Virus record (IMG/VR): IMGVR_UViG_3300025009_000092
Strand: one strand, 5' to 3'
Length of the DNA: 64,000 nt
Origin: an uncultured virus (IMG/VR IMGVR_UViG_3300025009_000092)
Taxonomy: Duplodnaviria; Heunggongvirae; Uroviricota; Caudoviricetes
Shown: piece by piece, positions 39,271 to 49,213 of the stretch
Layout: the number at the start of each line of letters is the position of its first letter
How positions within the stretch are numbered: position 1 is the first letter of the stretch
Notes under the pieces: generated by a model
What the model was told of the DNA's origin: nothing
Database searches by the model: none
Seen by the model: only the letters and a program-made list of their open reading frames with translations
Position numbers and translations under genes: made by a program

Positions 39271-39758
39271 TCACTCTCCGGCACTGTACCAATCTTGACT
39301 GCTCGACTCTTACCATGAGGCGTTCCCCAAACTTCACCAGCCGGAATGTCTTTCGTTACAAAAGAATTGGCATGAATGAAAGCATTCTCGCCAATATTTA
39401 CGCCAGGGGCAATCACAGCACCAGCCCCAATCCGAGCTCCATTGCCGATAATAGCCCGCTCAATCTTTGGAACCGCTCTCCCCTGATTGGCAATGTTCTT
39501 CTCATTGGTCATTACTACTCCCGGACCGAAGAAAACATTGTCACCGATAGTGGCTTCTGCGGTGATATGGCATTGAGATTGAATCGTCGTATTGTTGCCG
39601 ATCTTGGTATCCCTTTCAATCACCACATTATGACCAACAATCGAGTTCTCGCCAATCTCCACATTGTCTCGAAGGACAACAAAATGGAAGACTTTAGTAG
39701 TCAGAGCTAACTTGACCCCTTGGTCAATTACAACGTATGGGCTGATAAATCCTGACAT
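39261..39758 (-). CDS. hexapeptide-repeat (left-handed beta-helix) acyltransferase
   Basis: IGENSIVG, IGNNTTI, IGDNVFFGPGVVMTN, VTKDIP. Confidence 0.85.
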   Translation of the reverse strand: MSGFISPYVVIDQGVKLALTTKVFHFVVLRDNVEIGENSIVGHNVVIERDTKIGNNTTIQSQCHITAEATIGDNVFFGPGVVMTNEKNIANQGRAVPKIERAIIGNGARIGAGAVIAPGVNIGENAFIHANSFVTKDIPAGEVWGTPHGKSRAVKIGTVPESEWL

Positions 39759-40390
39759 ATGGCCTCTAATGGTTTTCGTTCAAATGTTTCAAGAGCGCCG
39801 CCGACTGTTGCGTTTATAATCTTCAATCCAACCTGATTTGCATCCCTGGCTATTACTGGCCAGTACTTCATAAACTTTGGGTATGGGTCATGAAGTCTTC
39901 CTGCTTTTTTGTCGAACCTGACTTCATAGTCGTTATGCCAATGAGACTGCGTATCCTTTGGATCAGCCGGGTTCTGCATATCGAAGCCGAGTAGGACGAC
40001 AGTTTTTGCTCCAAGCCAGTAGGCAAAATTGATCGCCGAAGCCCCGGAGTTTCCATTCCAGGCAATACCATTTCTTCTCTTGATCTCAATTCCAGATGGT
40101 TTACTTCTGCCAACATATTTCACCCTAACTTTTCTCTGTCCTGGAAGAGTAGCTGCGCAAGTAGCAATCAGCCCTCCATACTCCGTTATCGCCGGTAAAT
40201 TCTCTTCGTACCAACCTTTGTCACCAAACCAGCAGGCATCAACCCAAGGCCCGAGTTTATATGCCTGATTCACTCCGATCACTCGGTGATTATGGATGAG
40301 TGATAAATCCTGTTTTAAAAGACTGACTCCACCACCGATAATGAAGACAGTCGACTCAGGCCAAATCCTTGGTATTTCCCAGAACGACAT
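39728..40390 (-). CDS. DUF115/Maf/Cst-like sugar-transferase-fold protein
   Basis: VFIIGGGVSL, IGVN, NSGASAI..A.WLGAK.VVLLGFDM, IINAT. Confidence 0.6.
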   Translation of the reverse strand: MSFWEIPRIWPESTVFIIGGGVSLLKQDLSLIHNHRVIGVNQAYKLGPWVDACWFGDKGWYEENLPAITEYGGLIATCAATLPGQRKVRVKYVGRSKPSGIEIKRRNGIAWNGNSGASAINFAYWLGAKTVVLLGFDMQNPADPKDTQSHWHNDYEVRFDKKAGRLHDPYPKFMKYWPVIARDANQVGLKIINATVGGALETFERKPLEAICQDLSAHTL

Positions 40391-40660
40391 ATCAATCTTT
40401 GACGTATCTTTCTTTTGGCATTGATTCTGCTACAACTTTATTATTGCAGGTTAATGTTATCGTACCTGCGCCCAGATGTCCAACACCAAACGGCATTTGA
40501 TGTATTGCGCAAACAGCCCCATAAAGAATATGCCGATCTGTACAAGTGTCTTTTTTAAGACAATCATTTGGTGGAGTCGATGGATGAAAATTACAACAAG
40601 GGGTTTCGAGTGAATATGACATTTTATTATCCTTTGTAACTAAATGGTTTATTTATTTAA

Positions 40661-41140
40661 TCAGCCACGGGCATCAAGGATTGCTTCTCGGAGTTGATCT
40701 TCACTTTCGTACTCTTCGAGGATCTCGATCCCTTCCTCTTCCATGATACCGATCAGAGCATCCCAGCCCAGAGTACCAAGGTCGACAATTTCAGTCTTGG
40801 GGATCTCCATCATCTTCCCCATGATCACCTCGGCATCCTTCTTTTTCATCGGGGCGTCATTCAGGGGTTTATCGGGATTGTCCGGATTGATAATATTATA
40901 CATTCCCCGCTGAACCCGGATCAGATGGAGTTCTTTCGGCGGGGCAATTGGTGCTTGGATCTTTACCGGTTCGGGAATCGGTTTGATCGCCGTCAAACAA
41001 TCATAATCTTTTTCGAAGGAACCAAGAAATCCCTCCGGTACTTCGACTGTATCTCCAGGCACAACCGAATATCTTTTCCCCTCATACTTAAAAGAGTGCC
41101 GGCCTGTTTTTGCTTTCTTTCTATATTTACAAAGGTTCAT
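40661..41140 (-). CDS. hypothetical protein downstream of the capsid gene
   Basis: ORF with a strong AGGAGG ribosome-binding site. Confidence 0.55.
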   Translation of the reverse strand: MNLCKYRKKAKTGRHSFKYEGKRYSVVPGDTVEVPEGFLGSFEKDYDCLTAIKPIPEPVKIQAPIAPPKELHLIRVQRGMYNIINPDNPDKPLNDAPMKKKDAEVIMGKMMEIPKTEIVDLGTLGWDALIGIMEEEGIEILEEYESEDQLREAILDARG

Positions 41141-41173
41141 AGAACCCCTCCTTGCTGGTTATCTTTGATGAAA

Positions 41174-41202
41174 TAGAATGGTGAGTTGCGCCCACCATTC
41201 TA
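41174..41202 (-). terminator. hairpin after the major capsid gene
   Basis: TAGAATGGTG/CACCATTCTA inverted repeat. Confidence 0.55.
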
Positions 41203-41232
41203 ATATCATTTTGCATTCACTGTGGGCGCGGA

Positions 41233-42306
41233 TTAAGCGTGCAGTACCGTTACACCACAGTTGCCATTCTGATCAGCCCGAATCTGCGGAACCATGATTG
41301 TCATAACCTTGTAATTGGTAGTCATGCCGCCACCTTCAGTCCACTCAACCGTAGTAAGAGGCAGACCTTCAACAATCCTGACAACATCAGAAGTCATCTG
41401 AACCAGGATAACGTTATCGGCGGTCAGTTTGTCAACGACTTTGACCTCAGTAATGCCGGCGATTTCCAAGATACGCTGACGAATGGTCTTATCGGATTCA
41501 GCCTTGTAATCGTCATCGAGAACAGTCTCATACGAAGTCGGCACATAGAGAACCCAGGGACCGTAGAAATGGGAGTCGATGGAAGCCTGTTTCATTTCCC
41601 GAACATCATCAAGAATCTGCTCACCAGTCTTACCGGAGGCGTCCCAATTTGCCGTCAAGGTGACGTCGTTGGCCTGGGGGTGGTCTAAGTACCCGTAAAT
41701 CGTTCCGCCGCCGTAAGCGTAAGAAGAAACGCCAGCAAACAGCATCTCCTCGATCTTCTCTGCCACAACCCGAGCCGCCATGGTGGCTGTGGTGGTATCC
41801 AGGGGTGTGCTGCCATTCCTGGAAGCCGTCAGGGTCCGGATATTGTACTGGAAATCCTTATGGACGATGGGCAGGGGCAAATACTTCAGGGTCGTTTCGG
41901 GCCGATCCCTCTTGCTCGGAGTAACCGCATCCATGGTCAGTTCAGCGGCAGTAAGCTCGGAGATGTCCTCATACTCAAGAACGGTTTTTCCAAGACCATT
42001 ACCAATCCGATATACCAGATTCCGGGAATACAGATCAGCTACACCAACAAGACGCTCCTGGGCAGCAAACATAACTGCGGAATCGAGTTCCTTCCACTCA
42101 TCTTTCCGGAGAGTGGCGGCGTTGACCCTGACTACCTGCGGCTGTCCGCCATTATAGACAACGGCATAGGGATTGCCATCAGTTCCAATCCAAGGTTTGA
42201 GCAGGCCAACAGACATTCCACCGGCCATCAGTTTCTGCGATACGGGGCCAGACCCGGCACCATTCTGAATAAATTCAATCCCAGCATTTCCATACGTTTT
42301 ATTCAT
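41233..42306 (-). CDS. major capsid protein (HK97 fold, encapsulin/linocin-like)
   Basis: LRKDEWKELDSAV, LPLPIVHKDF, IYGYLDHP, GPWVLYVP; follows protease and decoration genes. Confidence 0.85.
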   Translation of the reverse strand: MNKTYGNAGIEFIQNGAGSGPVSQKLMAGGMSVGLLKPWIGTDGNPYAVVYNGGQPQVVRVNAATLRKDEWKELDSAVMFAAQERLVGVADLYSRNLVYRIGNGLGKTVLEYEDISELTAAELTMDAVTPSKRDRPETTLKYLPLPIVHKDFQYNIRTLTASRNGSTPLDTTTATMAARVVAEKIEEMLFAGVSSYAYGGGTIYGYLDHPQANDVTLTANWDASGKTGEQILDDVREMKQASIDSHFYGPWVLYVPTSYETVLDDDYKAESDKTIRQRILEIAGITEVKVVDKLTADNVILVQMTSDVVRIVEGLPLTTVEWTEGGGMTTNYKVMTIMVPQIRADQNGNCGVTVLHA

Positions 42307-42366
42307 TGCTTCCTCCTACGAGTTTATCTCAAAAAACTTTTATGCCACCAACCAGGCAGCGAAATA

Positions 42367-42858
42367 TTACGCGATTTCTACGGGACAGCGACCAGTCGGA
42401 TCAGCAGCACTGGAACCGGACATATCAACAGCTGCCATTGCATAACCGACGATACAATTGTCGGCAATCGGGGTGGTATCAGCACTGGAATCATCCCATA
42501 CCGATTCAGTCGGAGCCGTGTATTTGGTCAGAGTCCCATCACCAGCAGACTGCAGAGGATCGCCGATAGCGATATTCTGGCCATTGGCAATAATTGCATT
42601 GATCTCAGCACCGCGCTCCATGACCTCGTACTGTACGCGAGTATTGGCAACATAGGCGTCATTAATCGACTTACCCTGCATATCGTCTTCGATAGCGAAA
42701 GCCTTCTGCGCATTTCCGGCGGCAGTTGCATGAACTCGCAGTTTCCCGGTGGCCATAACTTCAACCAGATGTCCCGGAGTGATAGCGGCGTTTGCCACTC
42801 GCTCTTTCCGGATTCCTCGTCCGATCAAGATGATCGTTTTTGCATTTGTAGCGGCCAT
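42367..42858 (-). CDS. head decoration / cement protein
   Basis: AAITPGHLVE...IAIGDPLQSAGDGTL; synteny. Confidence 0.65.
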   Translation of the reverse strand: MAATNAKTIILIGRGIRKERVANAAITPGHLVEVMATGKLRVHATAAGNAQKAFAIEDDMQGKSINDAYVANTRVQYEVMERGAEINAIIANGQNIAIGDPLQSAGDGTLTKYTAPTESVWDDSSADTTPIADNCIVGYAMAAVDMSGSSAADPTGRCPVEIA

Positions 42859-42915
42859 TTGTAGCCCTCCATTATATTTTTGTTATTCGATTACTACATC
42901 AATTTCAATTACTGA

Positions 42916-44160
42916 TTACTTCTTGCCAAGATTCTCCGAAAGAGTTACTGGGATATATGCTTCCTCAACATGACCGGTATTGGCAATCTGTGCCGCAGGA
43001 GCCTGGAGGGAATAGTTCGGGGCAGGAGCCGGAAGGAGATTGGAAATGGATTCGAGCATGCCCATATCCATGCCTTTGAGCTGATCCTCATTAAAAGTAT
43101 TCCGCTCATTGGCCGTGATCTTGGCAATCAGGGAGGCCCGCTTGGTATCAAGTTCTTTCATGCCGGCGTTGACCACGGAGCGGATCTCGGTGGGGACGGT
43201 TTCCAGCCAGCCAGCCAGGGTGGTCGGTGCTGCTTTGGTATTGTCGATGACTTTTTCCACGATCTTTTCAACCTCCTTGATAATTTCTTTCGGTTCGGCA
43301 TTGACCAATACCTTACTGAACTGAACTTCATTCAGGCCGGTCAACCATTCTCGGTCTTCCTCAGTAAAGGCATTGTCCTTATTTTCGATCATTTGATTGA
43401 CCGTCATTTCTTTACATTTTGCTTTGTCAGCGGGAGTGACCGCCTTCTCAGCGCACTTTGCCTTGTCGGCGGGCGTTGCTGTCTTTGCCATAGTTTCCTC
43501 CATAGCATTGATTTTGTCGGCGGTATCGCCATCATTAAACTTCGTTGAAAGACTGGTTATATCAATAACATTTTTTTCATTGGCCCTCAGCCCGCAACCA
43601 TCATCCCAGGAGCAGGCCCCGGTGGAATTGGGAAGCAGGGCCAAATGATCCGGGATCATATCGACTATACTAGCGCTGTACTGCTCGGAATTCCATTGCC
43701 CGGCCTGACCATCATCCATGGCTAAAAGTCCAGTAGACACCTCAAGTTTGCCGCCGTTCTCAATGAAGGAAAATAGGCTTGGAGACTTCTGGCTGACCAA
43801 GGTTGTATTGAGGAAGAGTTCGGCCTTGAGTTTACCTCCATCAAAAACCACATTGGCCACATACCCAACCTGCCATTCCTGCCGGATAGTTCCGTCGTGG
43901 TTGCAAAGGACGTGGGTGCCATCGGAAAGAACCGGGTGACCGACTGTAACCGGCATATTATTCCAGTGTGGGACCGATGCTTCCAGGACTTGAGGTGGAT
44001 AATAAACCGGATCAGTGCCGACCCCGTGGTGGACGCCTTCTGCCAGCATCACAACGGGATAGATTTGATATTCAACTGAACCAATTCTCCGTCGCTGCAG
44101 GACTTTCAGGCTCGGTCCTTTCTCAATTGCCTGAGCAACCATTAATTGCATTTCTTTCAT
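42916..44160 (-). CDS. prohead protease/scaffold (DUF2213-like), probably with a nested scaffold start at 43491
   Basis: WNNMPVTVGHP, LEVSTG, PDHLALL...GACS; internal GGAGGAAACT-ATG. Confidence 0.75.
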   Translation of the reverse strand: MKEMQLMVAQAIEKGPSLKVLQRRRIGSVEYQIYPVVMLAEGVHHGVGTDPVYYPPQVLEASVPHWNNMPVTVGHPVLSDGTHVLCNHDGTIRQEWQVGYVANVVFDGGKLKAELFLNTTLVSQKSPSLFSFIENGGKLEVSTGLLAMDDGQAGQWNSEQYSASIVDMIPDHLALLPNSTGACSWDDGCGLRANEKNVIDITSLSTKFNDGDTADKINAMEETMAKTATPADKAKCAEKAVTPADKAKCKEMTVNQMIENKDNAFTEEDREWLTGLNEVQFSKVLVNAEPKEIIKEVEKIVEKVIDNTKAAPTTLAGWLETVPTEIRSVVNAGMKELDTKRASLIAKITANERNTFNEDQLKGMDMGMLESISNLLPAPAPNYSLQAPAAQIANTGHVEEAYIPVTLSENLGKK

Positions 44161-44171
44161 TTTAGTCCTCT

Positions 44172-44435
44172 TTACTTATTTTCTTTCAAACATATTTCTA
44201 ATCTTCCTGGTTTTTCACATGTTCGTAAATCTTTTTTGTATTTTAGGCATACCCATTTATTTTTCTTTGGATTGTCAGTTTTATATAAATAAGGGTCACA
44301 GTATCTCCTGTCTTCTCCACCACAATATCCCTCTAGACATTTAGAACATTCCGAATCAATATCCTCCCCTTTTAATTCAAGATGAAGATAAGGGCATCCG
44401 ATACATTTTTTCTCATTTTTTAGTTTAATATTCAT
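44172..44435 (-). CDS. small Cys-rich protein downstream of the MuF-ART gene
   Basis: AT-rich 87 aa ORF with many cysteines. Confidence 0.45.
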   Translation of the reverse strand: MNIKLKNEKKCIGCPYLHLELKGEDIDSECSKCLEGYCGGEDRRYCDPYLYKTDNPKKNKWVCLKYKKDLRTCEKPGRLEICLKENK

Positions 44436-44438
44436 CAG

Positions 44439-45974
44439 CTATTCCTTTTTATTATCGATTGCAATTTTATCGAGTTCTTTTTGAAATTTCATTAATTCTT
44501 TTATATATGAAGTCCCATCTGATTTCAACTTTAACTTACGAACTCCATTTTCTAAAATTTCTGTAACCTCAAACTCACTCCCAGGAAGTAACATCAATTC
44601 TTTTATTCCCATTACTTCAGAATAAACTGCATGAGTTCCTTTTGGTAAAATTACTTCAAAAACACCACCATCTTTTCCATACGCCAAAGCTCTTTTTAAT
44701 TCAAAAGCGGTTGACCTAGTGCCAAGCGCAGAGAATTTATCACCAACTTGTATATTTTTAAATTGTTCGCCACCAAGGCCAAAAAATACTTTTTCTTTCT
44801 CTTTTAATTTATATGTATCAGAAGTTACAATATTATAAAGTTCTTCGAGTTTTGGCATTACTTCTTGTTTTTCGCCATCAGAAGCAAGCAATTTTAAAAA
44901 ATCCCGATATTTCGGATTTGCCAAATCCTTCGCTTTGCTTGACATTGCCAGTGGTAATTGGCTTGTATCTTCATATCCTGTTTGCCCGTTTTTTATTGAT
45001 CCGTCAACAATCACTTCATCCTCCGGAATATACGGTAAAGCCACACACCGACATTGTGGATGTGCCGGGATTATATACTCTGCATCATCAATCAAAAACA
45101 ACTTACCATTCATCGGGGAACACTTAGGACATACCCTATCATCCCCAGCAGTCAGCCACTCCACCTGAACATTGATCCCCAGAATGCCAGCAGCCTTGTA
45201 CTCACCAATATTGGCAGAGTGATGTGCCCGAATAACTTCAGTACGCGCCAGTACTTCCGCCCTTCGTCTTGCCGGGATCTTCCGGCCAAGGGAATCTATA
45301 ATCGATAAGTCAGCGCCAGTACCATCGCCTGTAATCGCTTTATTCAATAGTCGCGCAATTTCTCTTGGTCCTCGGCCGTCAGCCAGGCCCATTGCCAAGA
45401 CATCGGATACCACTGACTCCATCTCCGCAGTAATACCTTGAAGAGAGGAATACGCTCTTGTATAAATAAGACCAACACGATCAGCATGAACTGGGCCATT
45501 AAAAGCAGAAACGATTGGTTCTCCTCCGAGTTGTCCTTCATCGATTTCTATCCCCTTTTTTCTGAGTTCCTGCCTGGCCCTTCTGATCCCCTGTTGGTAT
45601 GCACTATCGATATATAATTTCATCCAGGTGGATCTAGCGGAGTTGGGATTGGAACTGATCAAATCAAAAGCCATCCTCAAACCCTGCTTCCCATCTGTAA
45701 AAAAATACTCCTCGTTCTTTGCTTTCAGCCACTTGACAAATGCTTCAACTTTTTGGTCATTCCTGGGGAAGTCGTATTGCTTGGAAGATAATCCACTGGC
45801 ATTTACGGTAACTCTTGTTTCCTCTATCAGACCAAAAACATCCAATTCTATTACTGCCTGGCGGATATCTATCATTAAACTGGCAAACCGATTGCGCATC
45901 TCAGCCACGAACTTATTACGGAGAGTAATAGTCCGAGTTGGGTCAATCGAGTTTGTAAGGAAGAGAGATATCAT
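44439..45974 (-). CDS. MuF / SPP1 gp7 minor head protein with an ADP-ribosyltransferase-like C-terminal domain
   Basis: RAEVLARTEV, WLTAGDDRVCPKC, PAHPQCRC; C-terminus TRSTAF...VFEVILPKG...KELMLLPGSEFEV. Confidence 0.75.
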   Translation of the reverse strand: MISLFLTNSIDPTRTITLRNKFVAEMRNRFASLMIDIRQAVIELDVFGLIEETRVTVNASGLSSKQYDFPRNDQKVEAFVKWLKAKNEEYFFTDGKQGLRMAFDLISSNPNSARSTWMKLYIDSAYQQGIRRARQELRKKGIEIDEGQLGGEPIVSAFNGPVHADRVGLIYTRAYSSLQGITAEMESVVSDVLAMGLADGRGPREIARLLNKAITGDGTGADLSIIDSLGRKIPARRRAEVLARTEVIRAHHSANIGEYKAAGILGINVQVEWLTAGDDRVCPKCSPMNGKLFLIDDAEYIIPAHPQCRCVALPYIPEDEVIVDGSIKNGQTGYEDTSQLPLAMSSKAKDLANPKYRDFLKLLASDGEKQEVMPKLEELYNIVTSDTYKLKEKEKVFFGLGGEQFKNIQVGDKFSALGTRSTAFELKRALAYGKDGGVFEVILPKGTHAVYSEVMGIKELMLLPGSEFEVTEILENGVRKLKLKSDGTSYIKELMKFQKELDKIAIDNKKE

Positions 45975-46183
45975 ATCAGTTTACTGTTGCGAATTCCATA
46001 AAGCAAAACTTCCGCCAATTACTCCAAATGTTCCATATAACCAATTTCTATATTCCTGCTGCTTTGGATCATCAGGCACCCATTCGGTATATGCAGCCAC
46101 AGATATAATTCGCCTCGGAGCAAATACCGGGAGTTTTGTTCTGATAATTGTATCGTCTGGGGTACTAAATGGATTCGGCATTG

Positions 46184-47605
46184 TTATTCCTCAATTATGT
46201 TATCTTCAAGATCATCATCCCCCTGGCCGTCATCAGCAACCATAGGAGGAATGTAGCTTTTCAACGCTGTCATTATCCGTTCTACTTTATCTTCTGCCAG
46301 CTCCATAATCTCCAGCAAATACTGTTCCAGAGGCATGGAAAGTTGAGCATCAGGAGAAGAGAGATACTTAGACAACCCTTCAGAACGAATTCTGCCTGTT
46401 TCTGCTTTATCTTTATCACTAGGGGCGGACAAATCGGGCCACTCAATATCATATCCGCCAGCCGGCACTTTCAGGATTCCAAAAGCATTCAACTTATCAA
46501 TCACCGGCCGCAATATGCAGGGTTCAACAAAAGTCTTTCTCCGGCCATCGCATTGATCATCCCAAGCTTCTGTATCTTGGCTGCTGGATAATTCCCCACG
46601 CTCTGAGCCCTCAAGAATTCTCTTCGGGATACCAGTGGCAATGGAAATCATCTTCAGCTGGAGTTCCCCATGTTGTGTAGGATCAGCGACGGCAGGGGCC
46701 AAGCTCTTTACATCCAAGCCCTGGAGTTTCATATAGCGTTCCAAGTTATGGACGTACTTCTGGATCTCTTCTTCCAGGGCAGCAGCGTCTTGGGGTTGGA
46801 TGGTGGTATCTTCTGCTGCCGTAAATGCCATACCGGGAAAGGCCCCTTGCCAGAACATCTCAGCCGAACCGCCAACAATCAACTCCATATTGAGCAGGCG
46901 ATTAAAGATACGTTCCAAACGGGGAAGACCAAGTACATTTGATTCAAGTAGATTGTCGACTATATGGACAACCCGGCTGTAATGAACCGTTGTCTCCAGA
47001 GTAGATGCTGTACCCGGGGTGTTGGCTATCCTCAATCCATAAGTAAGAGGCAGGCCAAACCTGGGGTCTTTCGGATCAGTTACATATTGCTTAATGGGGG
47101 CGTTTGCTTCGGTGAAAGGCTGGAGATACAGAAGTTCACTGGCACTTTCTACCGGCTGGCCAAGGTTCTCTGCCTGGTCATTAAACCCCATCAGCAAAAC
47201 ACCATACTGGCCAATGCCGGAAACCTTATCAGCACGAATCAGAATGTTATAAATACCCAGTCGCTTTTCTAACTCTTCCCAAGCCTCTTTGTAGGCATCT
47301 GACTTATCATCCGTGCCGCGTACAATTGGTAAACGACGCCAGCTCGCCTCAACAGGTTTTTCGATAACCTTACCGGCGATATCCTGCCGCCTGTAGCGGT
47401 GGTAGTAGTCCGAGAATTTGATCCCGTCGAGCCCAGGATAGCCGAGAGCGGTATATACATCCCTCAATCCTCCAAAAGTGGTGGTATTGCCGTAAGAGAG
47501 TCTTGAACCAACAATGCCAGATTGCAGTGCCCGATACAGAGCTACCCGACGGATCTGCTCTGACTTCTCATTGGCGGTCAATTTAACTGGTGAATTACGT
47601 CTCAT
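46184..47605 (-). CDS. portal protein (DUF1073-like)
   Basis: follows TerL; YRRQDIAGKVIE.P, VHYSRVVH, ATGIPKRILEGSERGELSS. Confidence 0.8.
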   Translation of the reverse strand: MRRNSPVKLTANEKSEQIRRVALYRALQSGIVGSRLSYGNTTTFGGLRDVYTALGYPGLDGIKFSDYYHRYRRQDIAGKVIEKPVEASWRRLPIVRGTDDKSDAYKEAWEELEKRLGIYNILIRADKVSGIGQYGVLLMGFNDQAENLGQPVESASELLYLQPFTEANAPIKQYVTDPKDPRFGLPLTYGLRIANTPGTASTLETTVHYSRVVHIVDNLLESNVLGLPRLERIFNRLLNMELIVGGSAEMFWQGAFPGMAFTAAEDTTIQPQDAAALEEEIQKYVHNLERYMKLQGLDVKSLAPAVADPTQHGELQLKMISIATGIPKRILEGSERGELSSSQDTEAWDDQCDGRRKTFVEPCILRPVIDKLNAFGILKVPAGGYDIEWPDLSAPSDKDKAETGRIRSEGLSKYLSSPDAQLSMPLEQYLLEIMELAEDKVERIMTALKSYIPPMVADDGQGDDDLEDNIIEE

Positions 47606-47820
47606 TGTATTTTAAGCCCCGCCCGAATGAAACAATCCTTCGCTTCAAGTAGTTTCCGAAACCCTTCTGCTTTCTCCGGGCCATCTGGTAGTTCATCCAT
47701 CATAATATCGGCCAGATCAGCAACTAGTCTGGCCGTCACCTGTAAAGACTCCGGTAAATGACCATACTGGAAATATTGATATACCGGATAAAGATGTTTC
47801 GCCGCTGGATTACTGGCCAT
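47602..47820 (-). CDS. small phage hypothetical protein
   Basis: FQYGHLP..LQ...PDGPEKAEGFRKLLEAKDCFIRA. Confidence 0.6.
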   Translation of the reverse strand: MASNPAAKHLYPVYQYFQYGHLPESLQVTARLVADLADIMMDELPDGPEKAEGFRKLLEAKDCFIRAGLKIQ

Positions 47821-47824
47821 TATA

Positions 47825-49213
47825 TCACCACGTCCCTACTCGTTTTGTATTAGTCAATTCATCAAAGGCATCGGCAGCCGCATCAACCTGATCCTTGAAT
47901 TTGCCTTCCGGAAAGTTTTCTGCCTCAAGCAAAAATGCTTCATTCCACGCGCCCTGTACCAGTTTTACATTGCCGGCCTGGGCTTGACTGGCCAATGGGG
48001 TGGCCCGGGTCTCTTTCGAGCCTGTAACCGGCAATGTCTTTATTGTATAACCGGCCAATTCTTTGACGAAGGCCTTTGCCTGGCTCTTACCGGCCTGACC
48101 AGGATCTTGCGGTAATCGAACCGGCACCAACTTACCATCCTGGCTGGCAATATTCTTGATGGAGTCGATTACTTTACTGGCATCAATTTGAAAACGAGTT
48201 GAATCTTCGATGTAATAAACCCCGGCAACCTTGGCCATCCTGATCCCAGCGGTATATGCCGGCCCGCCATCTTTCTTCGCCTTTCGGTCTTCCGGATCTC
48301 GATCAGTCCCGGCAAGATCCCATGCTCGAACTCTTTTTGCTCCGGCCGGCACTGCACTCACTATTTCAAAATCAGTCCGCTTGAAATAACTGCCGGCGGT
48401 TGGTCGTACATTCCAATTCCCCTCAAGAAGCTGCGCCCGTTCAACCCGGGGGAGAGCGTTCAGTTTTGCAAGATAGGTCGGATCTTTCTGGAGGAGAATC
48501 TTATTATCATTGATCGTTGAACGGATGAAGGTAAAGGAGAGCGGTTGAACGGGCGCATCAGCGGTACTGTATTTGTCGAGTAATTCTTGTTTTGAATCAC
48601 CCCATATAACTTCATCGCCAAGAAGAATAAACCAGCGAATTACACCTGATCTACTGGCAATAACAAAACCATCTGGACCAATCCACCAGTCAATGAACTT
48701 CCGGACCCATGAATCAGGATCAGGATTGCAGGTTCCTCGGATTCGGCCAGGGACACCAGACATGGACCGGTTCCGGGAAAGCATATACGAAAACTGCTTC
48801 CAGGTAAAGTGGCATATCTCATCAAAACCAATCAACGGGATCTGCGACCCTTGCCAGTCCAAGCGATTCTTCTCGTGCTCCATATGGGCAAAACTAATTG
48901 CCATCTTGGAGGGGAATCGGAAACACAATTCATTCTGATTCGGTTTGCCACCAATGGCCGGATACAACTCCGAGGCTTCATCCCACAACCCACCTTCTGA
49001 AGTAATCTGTTTGGTGGTCCGGCGGAAAATGACCGCACCGAATTTGGAATTGTTTACGTGATATAAGGGTTCCAGCAGAAGGGCGAATGATTTTCCCCCT
49101 CCGGCCGAACCACCATAAAAAACAACATCTGCCCAACACGCAAGAAACTGAGTCTGCGGCCCCTCCTGGGGTTTTATCTCAATTACTTCTTGTTGAGGCA
49201 TTGCTGCTGTCAT
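47825..49213 (-). CDS. terL: terminase large subunit
   Basis: PQEGPQ, YGGSAGGGKS, FDE, TCNP, RAWDLA, DQVDA. Confidence 0.92.
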   Translation of the reverse strand: MTAAMPQQEVIEIKPQEGPQTQFLACWADVVFYGGSAGGGKSFALLLEPLYHVNNSKFGAVIFRRTTKQITSEGGLWDEASELYPAIGGKPNQNELCFRFPSKMAISFAHMEHEKNRLDWQGSQIPLIGFDEICHFTWKQFSYMLSRNRSMSGVPGRIRGTCNPDPDSWVRKFIDWWIGPDGFVIASRSGVIRWFILLGDEVIWGDSKQELLDKYSTADAPVQPLSFTFIRSTINDNKILLQKDPTYLAKLNALPRVERAQLLEGNWNVRPTAGSYFKRTDFEIVSAVPAGAKRVRAWDLAGTDRDPEDRKAKKDGGPAYTAGIRMAKVAGVYYIEDSTRFQIDASKVIDSIKNIASQDGKLVPVRLPQDPGQAGKSQAKAFVKELAGYTIKTLPVTGSKETRATPLASQAQAGNVKLVQGAWNEAFLLEAENFPEGKFKDQVDAAADAFDELTNTKRVGTW

